From the IMG/VR virus record IMGVR_UViG_3300032245_001127: a stretch of 64,000 nt of DNA; one strand, 5' to 3'. Positions 39,087 through 47,311 of this stretch are shown in pieces. The translations under genes and the position numbers were made by a program. Position 1 is the stretch's first letter. Every line of letters begins with the position of its first letter. The notes beneath the pieces are model-generated. The model ran no database searches. It had not been told where the DNA came from and saw only the letters and a program-made list of their open reading frames with translations. The stretch comes from a virus.

Positions 39087-39875
39087 TTAATTTAAAACTA
39101 AATCGGATAAAATAGGATAAATTGCTTTCCAATGTGTGTAGTTATCACCATAGTATTCAGCTTTAAAAAGACCAATTTTATAAGATAAACAAATTCTTAC
39201 GCCACTACTTTTATTTATTACATTATGCATTCTTCCTACATTAGTTAATGATGGTTGTGTCCAATCATTAGATAAATTGTGTTCGTAAATAAGTTTATCA
39301 TTTTCATCATAATAGTTTTGTTGACTTAATCCACTTTTATCAAAACAATATACAAAATTTAATTTAGTACATTCATATGTAGTATCTTGGTGCGTTCTTA
39401 ACCAACCATTGGGACCAGAAATAAAAATATCCCAACCAAGCAATTTAAGTTTTCTAGAATTTAAAAAAGAAGTAAAACGAGGAGACACTAACTCATCACA
39501 CACGTTATTATCTACAATATCGATACTATCTTCCCAGTCTTCAGGTGCTCCAATATATGGTATTTTCATTCTATTTTCAGAATAACTTATTTTAGAATAA
39601 CTAGAAAATTTTTCAATATCATCTTTAGATTGAGTATATCTTACACCAGATGTATAACCTGATTCGTTGATAGTTGTTTTATTCCAGACTATTTCTTTTG
39701 AATAATTATGAATTGTAGGATGAAGTATTAAAGAATATGGTTTATATTCTTTTCTTGGATTAATTTCCCATTTTTTTGGATATGGAAGTAACGAAAACCA
39801 AGATTCCAAAGAATATGGTTTTAAAAATGGTTTTGGTAATTGCAGACGAACTGCATATGGTTCATAACTAATCAT
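39087..39875 (-). CDS. Cupin-fold Fe(II)/2OG-type oxygenase, paralogue B1
   Basis: WLRTHQD...KLNFVY...PSLTNVGRMHNVIN...RICLSY; close duplicate of B2. Confidence 0.7.
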   Translation of the reverse strand: MISYEPYAVRLQLPKPFLKPYSLESWFSLLPYPKKWEINPRKEYKPYSLILHPTIHNYSKEIVWNKTTINESGYTSGVRYTQSKDDIEKFSSYSKISYSENRMKIPYIGAPEDWEDSIDIVDNNVCDELVSPRFTSFLNSRKLKLLGWDIFISGPNGWLRTHQDTTYECTKLNFVYCFDKSGLSQQNYYDENDKLIYEHNLSNDWTQPSLTNVGRMHNVINKSSGVRICLSYKIGLFKAEYYGDNYTHWKAIYPILSDLVLN

Positions 39876-39883
39876 ATTAATTT

Positions 39884-39960
39884 TGGCTCACTCGGCAAGA
39901 CTCGAACTTGCAACCTCCAGATTCGTAGTCTGGCATTCTATCCAATTGAACTACGAGTGA
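39884..39960 (-). tRNA. tRNA-Arg(ACG) with encoded CCA
   Basis: Acceptor TCACTCG/CGAGTGA-G-CCA; D arm TAGTTCAATTGGATAGAAT; anticodon arm CCAGA-CTACGAA-TCTGG; T arm GCAAG-TTCGAGT-CTTGC. Confidence 0.95.
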
Positions 39961-39970
39961 ATAAAATAGA

Positions 39971-40126
39971 TTATGGTGTTGGTATGACTATACTTTTTAA
40001 TCCATCTACAATTTTGTCCATCGGTGTAGTAACTTCCTTTGGAGTATTTGTACAAGAAATTAAAAAAAATGCTATAATTGTTATTGTAGCAAAAAATATA
40101 GCAGTTTTATATAAAGTTTTATCCAT
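39971..40126 (-). CDS. Small lipoprotein (51 aa; not in ORF track)
   Basis: Manual: MDKTLYKTAIFFATITIIAFFLISCTNTPKEV...; LISC lipobox. Confidence 0.55.
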   Translation of the reverse strand: MDKTLYKTAIFFATITIIAFFLISCTNTPKEVTTPMDKIVDGLKSIVIPTP

Positions 40127-40973
40127 TTAATTCACTCGTTAATGTTCGATTAATTTGAACTAGATTTAATTTTTCTGCAAGTTCTAGTACTCTTGCAGTC
40201 GGATCGCTTATTCCATCTCCAAAACTATAATCCATTGGTTTATAGTGATGATACTCGTGTTGTCCTTCTCCGAAATTGATAAATGCTCCACCGATTGGAT
40301 CTAATGAAACTATATCTTTTGGCTTTTCCCCAGAATGACTTACTGCGTTTGTTATTCCCATTCCATGAATACCAAATACAACAGCAATTGCTGCACCAAT
40401 AATTACAGGTAATCCACCTAATATTCCTAAATGAACTTTAGCTAATTCTGAAAATACAAAAAGAGATACCCAAAAAAGAATTAAAGTTTGTACTGCTTTA
40501 AAATGATATCGTAATGCAATTGTATTTCTATGCAATCCTGCTGTCATTTTTGGTGGAACATCTTCTTTTCGCCAATCCCATAAATGAAAATAAGATCGCC
40601 AAAATCCTATTCTCCACGGACTATGTGGATCTTTATCAGTATCTAAGTAACTATGATGCATTCTATGCAGTGCTGCCCAACCAAGTGGTGTTCCAATACC
40701 AGAATATATTGCAAATATATTAGATAAATGTTCTAATGTTTTACTTTTAAATTTTACTGAACCATGTGCGAGTGCACGATGCGCATATCCTGATACTGCA
40801 AATGCGCCAATAAACCAAAAACTGATCGCAACAAAAATTGTAGTAATTGTTCCATATTTAAAAGCAAGCAATGCCAAATAATGTACAAAAATATAATAAG
40901 TCAATCTTAAATAAAGATTGTTTCGAGTAGATATATCTTTAAAAAAAGATTTAAACTTTGTTAGATTTAACAT
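40119..40973 (-). CDS. Membrane fatty-acid desaturase (delta-9-like)
   Basis: His boxes HRALAH, HRMHH(..D.DKDPHSP) and GEGQHEYHH; TM segments. Confidence 0.92.
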   Translation of the reverse strand: MLNLTKFKSFFKDISTRNNLYLRLTYYIFVHYLALLAFKYGTITTIFVAISFWFIGAFAVSGYAHRALAHGSVKFKSKTLEHLSNIFAIYSGIGTPLGWAALHRMHHSYLDTDKDPHSPWRIGFWRSYFHLWDWRKEDVPPKMTAGLHRNTIALRYHFKAVQTLILFWVSLFVFSELAKVHLGILGGLPVIIGAAIAVVFGIHGMGITNAVSHSGEKPKDIVSLDPIGGAFINFGEGQHEYHHYKPMDYSFGDGISDPTARVLELAEKLNLVQINRTLTSELNG

Positions 40974-41514
40974 ACGTATTCCAATATTGTCCTTTAATAA
41001 GCAATTTTCTTGATTTACTTTGAGTGATATATGTTAAGACTTGTAATTTTATATTCGAATTAATTGACTTAGATATAAAACTAGATTTAACATTCGGAAG
41101 TAATTCTTTTAATTTAGTAATTAATATGCGTCTTCCTATACCTTTAACTCTTTTAGATTTATCATTATCGTTTTCTTCAAACAATTTAACTGTCTCAGTA
41201 AATATAACTGATGCATAATTTGAAGTGCTTTCTCTTTTACGAGTAATATAATTATCTAAATTGATTCCACATTCTTTTAGAAGTTTAGCGAAACCAACAG
41301 CACCATAATCATCAAATCCATGACACATAGTAAAATCGTGTAAATTAGCAATACACATATACATCATGTCTTTAGTATTTTGCTGAAATTTAGATTTTTG
41401 TATTAATTTCTCAATACCATATAATTCTTCTGGTGTTGGTCTTCTATAATATCCGCAATCAGTAATAATCGGCTTAATTGGATTATTATTTAGATTCTCT
41501 TTTTTCACCATCAT
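40951..41514 (-). CDS. Hypothetical protein
   Basis: 187-aa packed ORF. Confidence 0.6.
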   Translation of the reverse strand: MMVKKENLNNNPIKPIITDCGYYRRPTPEELYGIEKLIQKSKFQQNTKDMMYMCIANLHDFTMCHGFDDYGAVGFAKLLKECGINLDNYITRKRESTSNYASVIFTETVKLFEENDNDKSKRVKGIGRRILITKLKELLPNVKSSFISKSINSNIKLQVLTYITQSKSRKLLIKGQYWNTYVKSNKV

Positions 41515-41723
41515 TAATCTTTAAATGGCATACCATCTATTGCTTCTGATGTCGTTTTCTCAGCTTGTTTATGAATGATACGTTTTAAATTTTCTATATC
41601 TTCGTTCATTCTATCAATCACATCTTTTAAATCGTGAATAACGAATGATTGTCTTGCAATTTGTTTTTCTTGCAAGTCAATTTTCTTTTTATATTCTTCT
41701 ATTTTTATTACGTTGTCGTTCAT
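41514..41723 (-). CDS. Small coiled-coil protein
   Basis: Heptad pattern; TAATG overlaps. Confidence 0.6.
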   Translation of the reverse strand: MNDNVIKIEEYKKKIDLQEKQIARQSFVIHDLKDVIDRMNEDIENLKRIIHKQAEKTTSEAIDGMPFKD

Positions 41724-42031
41724 TAATTATAAGATGCTATATTATTCTCATCTACGAATATTTCTAGATCTTCTTTCATCGTTAAATAGTTAGGATCATT
41801 AAAGATTAAATCAGCATCTTCAAATGCTGAAATTCTTTTTGCGAACTCATTACTTACTGTTGTTGGTTTTGCCATCACTTCATAAATTCCATCTTCAGTA
41901 GAAAGTACATCTGAAATGATTCCATTAGTATAATCTTTCCAAACACCATTTACAACTTTTAATAAAGTAATTCTATGTGGTGTTGGAGCATAATTAGTTA
42001 TACCAAATGTTGCGTATCCTATTTTGTCCAT
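41723..42031 (-). CDS. Hypothetical protein
   Basis: Packed ORF with GAGG SD. Confidence 0.6.
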   Translation of the reverse strand: MDKIGYATFGITNYAPTPHRITLLKVVNGVWKDYTNGIISDVLSTEDGIYEVMAKPTTVSNEFAKRISAFEDADLIFNDPNYLTMKEDLEIFVDENNIASYN

Positions 42032-42186
42032 TTTAAATATCCTCTAATTTTCTCTTAAGATTATTTAAAGTTCTTCTCGTATCTTTTATATCGTGTTTAA
42101 TATCTATAAGTAAAAAGCCACAATATACGAAAGTGCATACAAAAATTATAACAAGAGCGACAGATAAGAAAAAAAATATATCCATA

Positions 42187-42393
42187 TTATCTACCCTCCT
42201 CTGATGCTATTTGTAAATCTAATGCAACTTCAGCCATCGCTTGTTGTGCGTCATTTAAATCAAACTCTGGATCTTGTAATTTATCAAATATATCCTTAGC
42301 TTGTCTTTCACCATGTTTTTTGGCGAATTCTTCTCTAGATAATACGAATGCATCGTCTTCCATTTCCATTACCCAATTTTTAACTTGTCCCAT
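42187..42393 (-). CDS. Small acidic early protein
   Basis: MGQVKNWVMEMEDDA; first gene behind an early promoter; AGGAG SD. Confidence 0.7.
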   Translation of the reverse strand: MGQVKNWVMEMEDDAFVLSREEFAKKHGERQAKDIFDKLQDPEFDLNDAQQAMAEVALDLQIASEEGR

Positions 42394-42426
42394 AATATAA
42401 CTCCTATTTTATTTGTTTATGAGTAT

Positions 42427-42496
42427 ATTTTAGCATATTTTAGCTATAAAGTAAATACTTCTGCAAAATAAAAAAGATATATAAATCAATGACTTA
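42427..42496 (-). promoter_or_regulatory. Early promoter (TTTACT-17-TGnTAAAAT) with A-tract and IHF-consensus box
   Basis: -10 at 42427-42432; -35 at 42450-42455; AATCAATGACTTA at 42484-42496; near-identical to 21742-21790. Confidence 0.75.
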
Positions 42497-42703
42497 GTCA
42501 TCATATTGACTTACATGTCTCTCGGAATTCTTAATATTATCTATTTTTCTCTTTAATTCGTCTATATATGACTTAACTACTCCACCCAATTTATTCGCAT
42601 CAGATTGAAGTCTATCAACATCCGCACAAATAGATTTAAAACTTACTATTTTATTTTTTCTAACGTATTTTTTAGATTTTAAAAAGAATGTTTTATTTGT
42701 CAT
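42494..42703 (-). CDS. Hypothetical protein
   Basis: Packed ORF. Confidence 0.5.
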   Translation of the reverse strand: MTNKTFFLKSKKYVRKNKIVSFKSICADVDRLQSDANKLGGVVKSYIDELKRKIDNIKNSERHVSQYDD

Positions 42704-43131
42704 TAATGTATGCTAGTTGACTCTTCTTTATCAAGTAGTCCAGTCTCATAGTTGATTTTCTGTAAATTGTTTGGAGCATCTTTATTTGTATGAATATCCC
42801 ATGATGTTCCAGTAGAATCTTTGACACAATAACGAGGATAAGTGTTATCTATATCATCGACTTTAACTTTTATATGTACTCTTTGATCTTCAATATTTGC
42901 GACATTATCGAAACCTGATAAAACGTTTGGCGAATCATGATTGATTAAATCTTGTCTTGATTTATCTAATACGAAAAACACTGAATTGACACAATATCTT
43001 ATGATTGGATCTTCAAACAACTCATCAATATTATCTACAGTTGTTTTTAATTGGAATCCATTTATATCAATATGACAAACTTCGTTTCGCAAAGTAGCGA
43101 ATTTAGTTCGTATTTTCGGAACTAATTTCAT
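42703..43131 (-). CDS. Hypothetical protein
   Basis: Packed ORF. Confidence 0.55.
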   Translation of the reverse strand: MKLVPKIRTKFATLRNEVCHIDINGFQLKTTVDNIDELFEDPIIRYCVNSVFFVLDKSRQDLINHDSPNVLSGFDNVANIEDQRVHIKVKVDDIDNTYPRYCVKDSTGTSWDIHTNKDAPNNLQKINYETGLLDKEESTSIH

Positions 43132-43137
43132 AATAAT

Positions 43138-43395
43138 TTATTTTGGTTGCTTTTTTGGAACTCTTACTAATGTTTCTATTTTAGTTGTTTTGTCAATCTT
43201 AGGATATTTAACAGTATATAAATCGTTTTCCCATATTCCATTATCTTTATGGAACAGAGTAAATTCATTCGTTTCTAATTTATTTGTAACAGATGAACGA
43301 TGTACTGTTGTTAATTTATTTTCTTCCCAACCACGTATTTCAGCTGGATAAGATTTATTTGTAGACTTTTCTACAATATTACTTATTTTTAACAT
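43138..43395 (-). CDS. Hypothetical protein
   Basis: Packed ORF. Confidence 0.55.
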   Translation of the reverse strand: MLKISNIVEKSTNKSYPAEIRGWEENKLTTVHRSSVTNKLETNEFTLFHKDNGIWENDLYTVKYPKIDKTTKIETLVRVPKKQPK

Positions 43396-43399
43396 TTTC

Positions 43400-43798
43400 C
43401 TATGTTAGTGATGGAAGTAACATTTTTGCTACTTCTTTAGTTATGTTATTATACAATTTAGTTAATGATTGATCTTTAATTGCAAGAATAATTTTTGCTT
43501 CTTTTGGATCTACACTTTCTAATAATTGAATAAACAAAGATTCTCTTTTTAAAGCAGGTAAATCTGCTCTTCTAAAGATATAAAACTTTTTTGCTTCCAT
43601 ATATAAATTAGATGCTGCCATTCCTGATGGTTCAACAGCTGATTTATATGGTGGGGTTGTTTCTGGTAATAACCATTTTAAATTAATATCAAAATTATTT
43701 TGTAATATTAATTTTAATGCTGTGTTTGATTTATAGTTATTAATCTTAGTTATATCGTTATTTATCTCTTCTAAGATTTCCCAAATATACTTCGTCAT
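43400..43798 (-). CDS. Conserved T4-like hypothetical protein (usually next to RNase H)
   Basis: WLLPE..PPYK...KRESLFIQLLESVDPKEAKIILAIKD..L..LY. Confidence 0.75.
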   Translation of the reverse strand: MTKYIWEILEEINNDITKINNYKSNTALKLILQNNFDINLKWLLPETTPPYKSAVEPSGMAASNLYMEAKKFYIFRRADLPALKRESLFIQLLESVDPKEAKIILAIKDQSLTKLYNNITKEVAKMLLPSLT

Positions 43799-44673
43799 TA
43801 AAACTCCTCTATTTCTTGTAATAATAAATTACAACGATTATTCATAAGATAAGTGTATATACTCATCTTATCACCCTTTGGTTTGTTATTCAAGTACACT
43901 TCCATTATATTTTTAGTAATATCTTCAGGGATTTTATCAAGATTTACTAACGCTTCATTCCTTTCCCAATTACGTCTTTGCTCATCATTCTCACAAGCAT
44001 TAATACCTTTACTGAAAAAAGGTGTAAGTCTTTTTTTAGTAATTGGTCGCTGACGTGCATCAGGTTGAGTGAATATATCGTCAGGAGATAATATATTAGG
44101 AATACCATCTCCAGCATCACCACGCACTATATGTTCTATAATAAAATTATCAAGTTCATCATATCTTAATGTAACTTTTTTCTTTTGTATTGGTGAAAAT
44201 TGTTCTACGTTACCATGTTTTTGTAACTGTTTAAAATCTTTATCAGAAGATATTATAATATGTTTTTCTAATGGATAGGATTTAACTAATATCGCAATCA
44301 CATCATCAGCTTCTGTGTTATCTAAATGCATCACTTTGTATGGAAAATATTCAACTAAATCTTTTCTTATTTCTGACATTGTATCGAATATTAATTTCCA
44401 ATCTAAACCACTATCTTCTCTCGCTTGTTTACGATGTGCTTTATATAAAGGAAATACTCTTTTTCTCCAATAGTCTTTACCATCTGCACAAACTACTAAT
44501 TCTCCATAGTCAGCATATTTCTTTTTATAAAATTTAAGAGTAGAAATAACAGCATGTCTTATAATATTTTTTACAGAATTAGCATCACCACCTTTAACTA
44601 AATCAGGTTTAAATGATAATATATTTGAAATTGCTACTTGTGAATAATCTATAAGAATCATACTGGTAACCAA
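43798..44673 (-). CDS. rnh: T4-type RNase H (5'-3' exonuclease); likely start MILIDYSQ
   Basis: MILIDYSQ; YWRKRVFPLYKAHRK; EADDVIA; SSDKDF.QLQ; GDAGDGIPNILS. Confidence 0.93.
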   Translation of the reverse strand: MVTSMILIDYSQVAISNILSFKPDLVKGGDANSVKNIIRHAVISTLKFYKKKYADYGELVVCADGKDYWRKRVFPLYKAHRKQAREDSGLDWKLIFDTMSEIRKDLVEYFPYKVMHLDNTEADDVIAILVKSYPLEKHIIISSDKDFKQLQKHGNVEQFSPIQKKKVTLRYDELDNFIIEHIVRGDAGDGIPNILSPDDIFTQPDARQRPITKKRLTPFFSKGINACENDEQRRNWERNEALVNLDKIPEDITKNIMEVYLNNKPKGDKMSIYTYLMNNRCNLLLQEIEEF

Positions 44674-45497
44674 AATCTATCTATTTTACCTTTAGTCTCT
44701 ACAAACTTAGATGCTTCTACGATTGTACCATCAGAAAGAGATTGTTTATATCCTAAGTCTGCCATAAATTTACATAAATCATTCGCTTCATAACCTGCTC
44801 TTCGACACATATTCTCTTGTATTTCAGTTTGAATAACTGGTCTGTATTTTTTTATAGTTTCTAAACCACCTTTAATTACTTGAAACTCTAATCCTTCTAC
44901 ATCTATTTTAATTCCATCTACATCTTTAAATTCAAAACTATCTAATGTTTTAGTATAAACAAATTGTGGTGCAGTTCTTTTAGAACGACTTGCTGCCTTT
45001 TTAATCCAACCCTTTTTAGTTAATTTCTTTCCATTAAAATCTAATTCTAAATGGTTATGCCCAGAAGATTTATTATGATCGATAATAGTCGCTCTTCCCT
45101 CAACATCACTAAGAGCATAAGGAAATACTTCTATATCTCCAGTTAGTGTAAGATCTGCGTAAATTTTTTTCTTTTTATCGATTGCGTACCATCCTTTAGG
45201 AGAAGAATTCTTTACTTTATTTAATTCTATATTTTTAAGTAACCATTCTCTTAAGTATGAAGTGGGTTCAAAAGTTTTAACTGATTTTGCCCATGTAGCA
45301 TATTCTATTGTATTTGTTCCTAAGTGACCACCTACATCAATAATAGTTCTTGCATTTTTTGTACAAGATCTAAAATATCTCAAATTGTTTACTTGATAAC
45401 CAGCAGAAGCAAGTCTTTGTGTATAAAACCCATCACCCTTTTCTACGTGGTATTTTCTTCCAGTCGCAGATGTAATTATAATAGATTCTTTAACCAT
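44658..45497 (-). CDS. FkbM-family SAM-dependent methyltransferase
   Basis: IIDVGGHLGTNT...FEP...ALSD...TLDSF...IKIDVEGLEFQVIKG...I....PVI..E. Confidence 0.88.
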   Translation of the reverse strand: MVKESIIITSATGRKYHVEKGDGFYTQRLASAGYQVNNLRYFRSCTKNARTIIDVGGHLGTNTIEYATWAKSVKTFEPTSYLREWLLKNIELNKVKNSSPKGWYAIDKKKKIYADLTLTGDIEVFPYALSDVEGRATIIDHNKSSGHNHLELDFNGKKLTKKGWIKKAASRSKRTAPQFVYTKTLDSFEFKDVDGIKIDVEGLEFQVIKGGLETIKKYRPVIQTEIQENMCRRAGYEANDLCKFMADLGYKQSLSDGTIVEASKFVETKGKIDRFWLPV

Positions 45498-45945
45498 TAA
45501 AATCTTCTTCAGTTAAATTATACTGTGTGGCTATTTCTACAGGAAGAATTTCCCAATTAGATTTTATCATTTCAAAAGATTCATCATCACCATTATTATA
45601 CCATCCAACAAACCCTACACTCTGTTCATAATAGTATGCTTCAACATTATATCCATGTTTTTCTACTATATGGTCATAAAAATTTATTGGTGGTGACCAA
45701 GCTGTATCCATTTCAATAGTAATGGAATTTGGAGAATTACGATTATATTCTGTAATAGTTCCTTCCCACTTAGTTCCCCAATTTTCAATGCACCAATCGT
45801 AATCCCATGTATCGTTTTCTTTATTTGGAAATAATTTTTCAAATAGTTGGGATGGTTGTGTTGAATTGCATTCGTGCTCGATGATATCGATTTTCGAAGG
45901 ATCTTCGTGTGATATGTTTACTGTATTTGAACACCAATTAGGCAT
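45490..45945 (-). CDS. YubB/ferredoxin-like fold protein
   Basis: MPNWCSN...WDYDWCIENWGTKW...DTAWSPP...YYE...GFVG. Confidence 0.75.
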   Translation of the reverse strand: MPNWCSNTVNISHEDPSKIDIIEHECNSTQPSQLFEKLFPNKENDTWDYDWCIENWGTKWEGTITEYNRNSPNSITIEMDTAWSPPINFYDHIVEKHGYNVEAYYYEQSVGFVGWYNNGDDESFEMIKSNWEILPVEIATQYNLTEEDFNG

Positions 45946-45956
45946 AATATTTAATA

Positions 45957-45985
45957 ATTATATACTATTATATCTTGCAAAGCAA
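45957..45985 (-). promoter_or_regulatory. Middle-type promoter TTGCTT-TGCAAG-N11-TATAAT (YubB-FkbM-rnh operon)
   Basis: Shared motif and spacing. Confidence 0.7.
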
Positions 45986-47206
45986 TTATTGTTTTTCAAA
46001 GAAAACACGTAATCTTTTTCGTAATTCAAAGAAATACTCGTCATCTGCCAATAAATTGCAAATAATTTTTATTGCTCCTGTTTGTGTTGTTGTTGCAGTT
46101 AAACCAGCTTTTACAAAATTAGAAATGCTCTGAAATCCTAGACCTACTTTAGTGTCAAGAGCAAGAAATAACCCAGATGCTCTCATGTTTGTTACAAAAC
46201 CATCTGCCTTTAATTCTTCTCCAATTAATGTTAATTTTTCTACAATATTTTTACCTTTTTCGAATAAATTATCTCTTTCAATTATTTCTTTTACTTTTTT
46301 CATTGCACCTATACCAGCCATATTTGGTTGCCAAGTATGTCCCCATTCCCACTCATTCACTTTTAATACTGAACCAATTCTTTCGTTTCCAAGTGCTGCT
46401 CCATGTGGTGCATATCCTGCAGTTAATGCTTTACCAATTGCTGTAATATCTGGTTTAATATTATATCCTGCAGTACTATATCCAAAATAAGATAATGATT
46501 TACCCCAACATATTGCTACATCATCTGTAATCATATTAATATTATAACGAGTACAAAGTTCTCGAACTGTTTTCCACCAATTTTCACTGTATGGTAATAT
46601 TCCATGAATCCAAGGACATGTTTCCATTACAAAGGCACCAATAGTTTTTGAATCTCTTTCAAAACGTTTTACTAATAATTCTAATGACGTTTTTTCTGCT
46701 TTTTCTCTTTCAGTATAAAATTGCCATGTTGGCGCATTTACAGAACGAATACGATTGTGCGGAAACTCCATTGCGTATGGATTGCCCATTGCTCTTGTTA
46801 AATGAGTTGTTCCATGATATCCTGGAGCCATAGTAATAATTAATTCTTTTTCTGGATTTACTCTTTTCCAATAAAGATCATTCATATGAATTGCAGCTTC
46901 AACTGCACTACTTCCTGAGATAGCCCAAGCTAAAACATCAAATTTACCAGCATTCATCGCAAATTGTGCCATTGCTTTCGTATCAGCTTCAGTTTCTCCA
47001 GTATTTCCACGAATAAAAGTTACATTCTTTAATTTATCATTCATTGCTTCTATAATCTCAGTATTATTATAACCAAGTGTATAGGCACTGTTGCCTGATT
47101 GCATGTCTAATAGTTTTGTGCCATCAGACATTACTATCCAATATCTGTCAGTTTTTACAACTGTTTTTTCTATTTCTCCGTGAGAAATATTTCTTAATTC
47201 ATACAT
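45986..47206 (-). CDS. PLP-dependent class III aminotransferase (BioA-like), copy 2
   Basis: SGSSAVEAA, YHGTT, ITDDVAICWGK, PDITAIGKALTAG, WGHTW. Confidence 0.9.
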   Translation of the reverse strand: MYELRNISHGEIEKTVVKTDRYWIVMSDGTKLLDMQSGNSAYTLGYNNTEIIEAMNDKLKNVTFIRGNTGETEADTKAMAQFAMNAGKFDVLAWAISGSSAVEAAIHMNDLYWKRVNPEKELIITMAPGYHGTTHLTRAMGNPYAMEFPHNRIRSVNAPTWQFYTEREKAEKTSLELLVKRFERDSKTIGAFVMETCPWIHGILPYSENWWKTVRELCTRYNINMITDDVAICWGKSLSYFGYSTAGYNIKPDITAIGKALTAGYAPHGAALGNERIGSVLKVNEWEWGHTWQPNMAGIGAMKKVKEIIERDNLFEKGKNIVEKLTLIGEELKADGFVTNMRASGLFLALDTKVGLGFQSISNFVKAGLTATTTQTGAIKIICNLLADDEYFFELRKRLRVFFEKQ

Positions 47207-47311
47207 TATTTTATTTTTCTCTTAATTGATTTTTTACCCATACTATAACCCATACCAAATGCTAAAGCAATAAAGCTCGCAATTAATAATGTGTGCCAAA
47301 TATAAAACATA

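Noticed and set aside
38267-39875. B1/B2 duplication as a diversity-generating retroelement TR/VR pair
   Set aside because: No reverse transcriptase; both copies are full ORFs with general divergence and indels.
29653-40973. Island as a canonical DNA hypermodification cluster
   Set aside because: No thymidylate-synthase-like hydroxymethylase, glycosyltransferase, aGPT or deazaguanine genes were recognised here. Not excluded genome-wide, but unsupported in this window.
21778-42496. Repeated AATCAATGACTTA as a CRISPR repeat or att site
   Set aside because: Copies are dispersed, only 13-19 bp, tied to promoters, with no regular spacers and no integrase.
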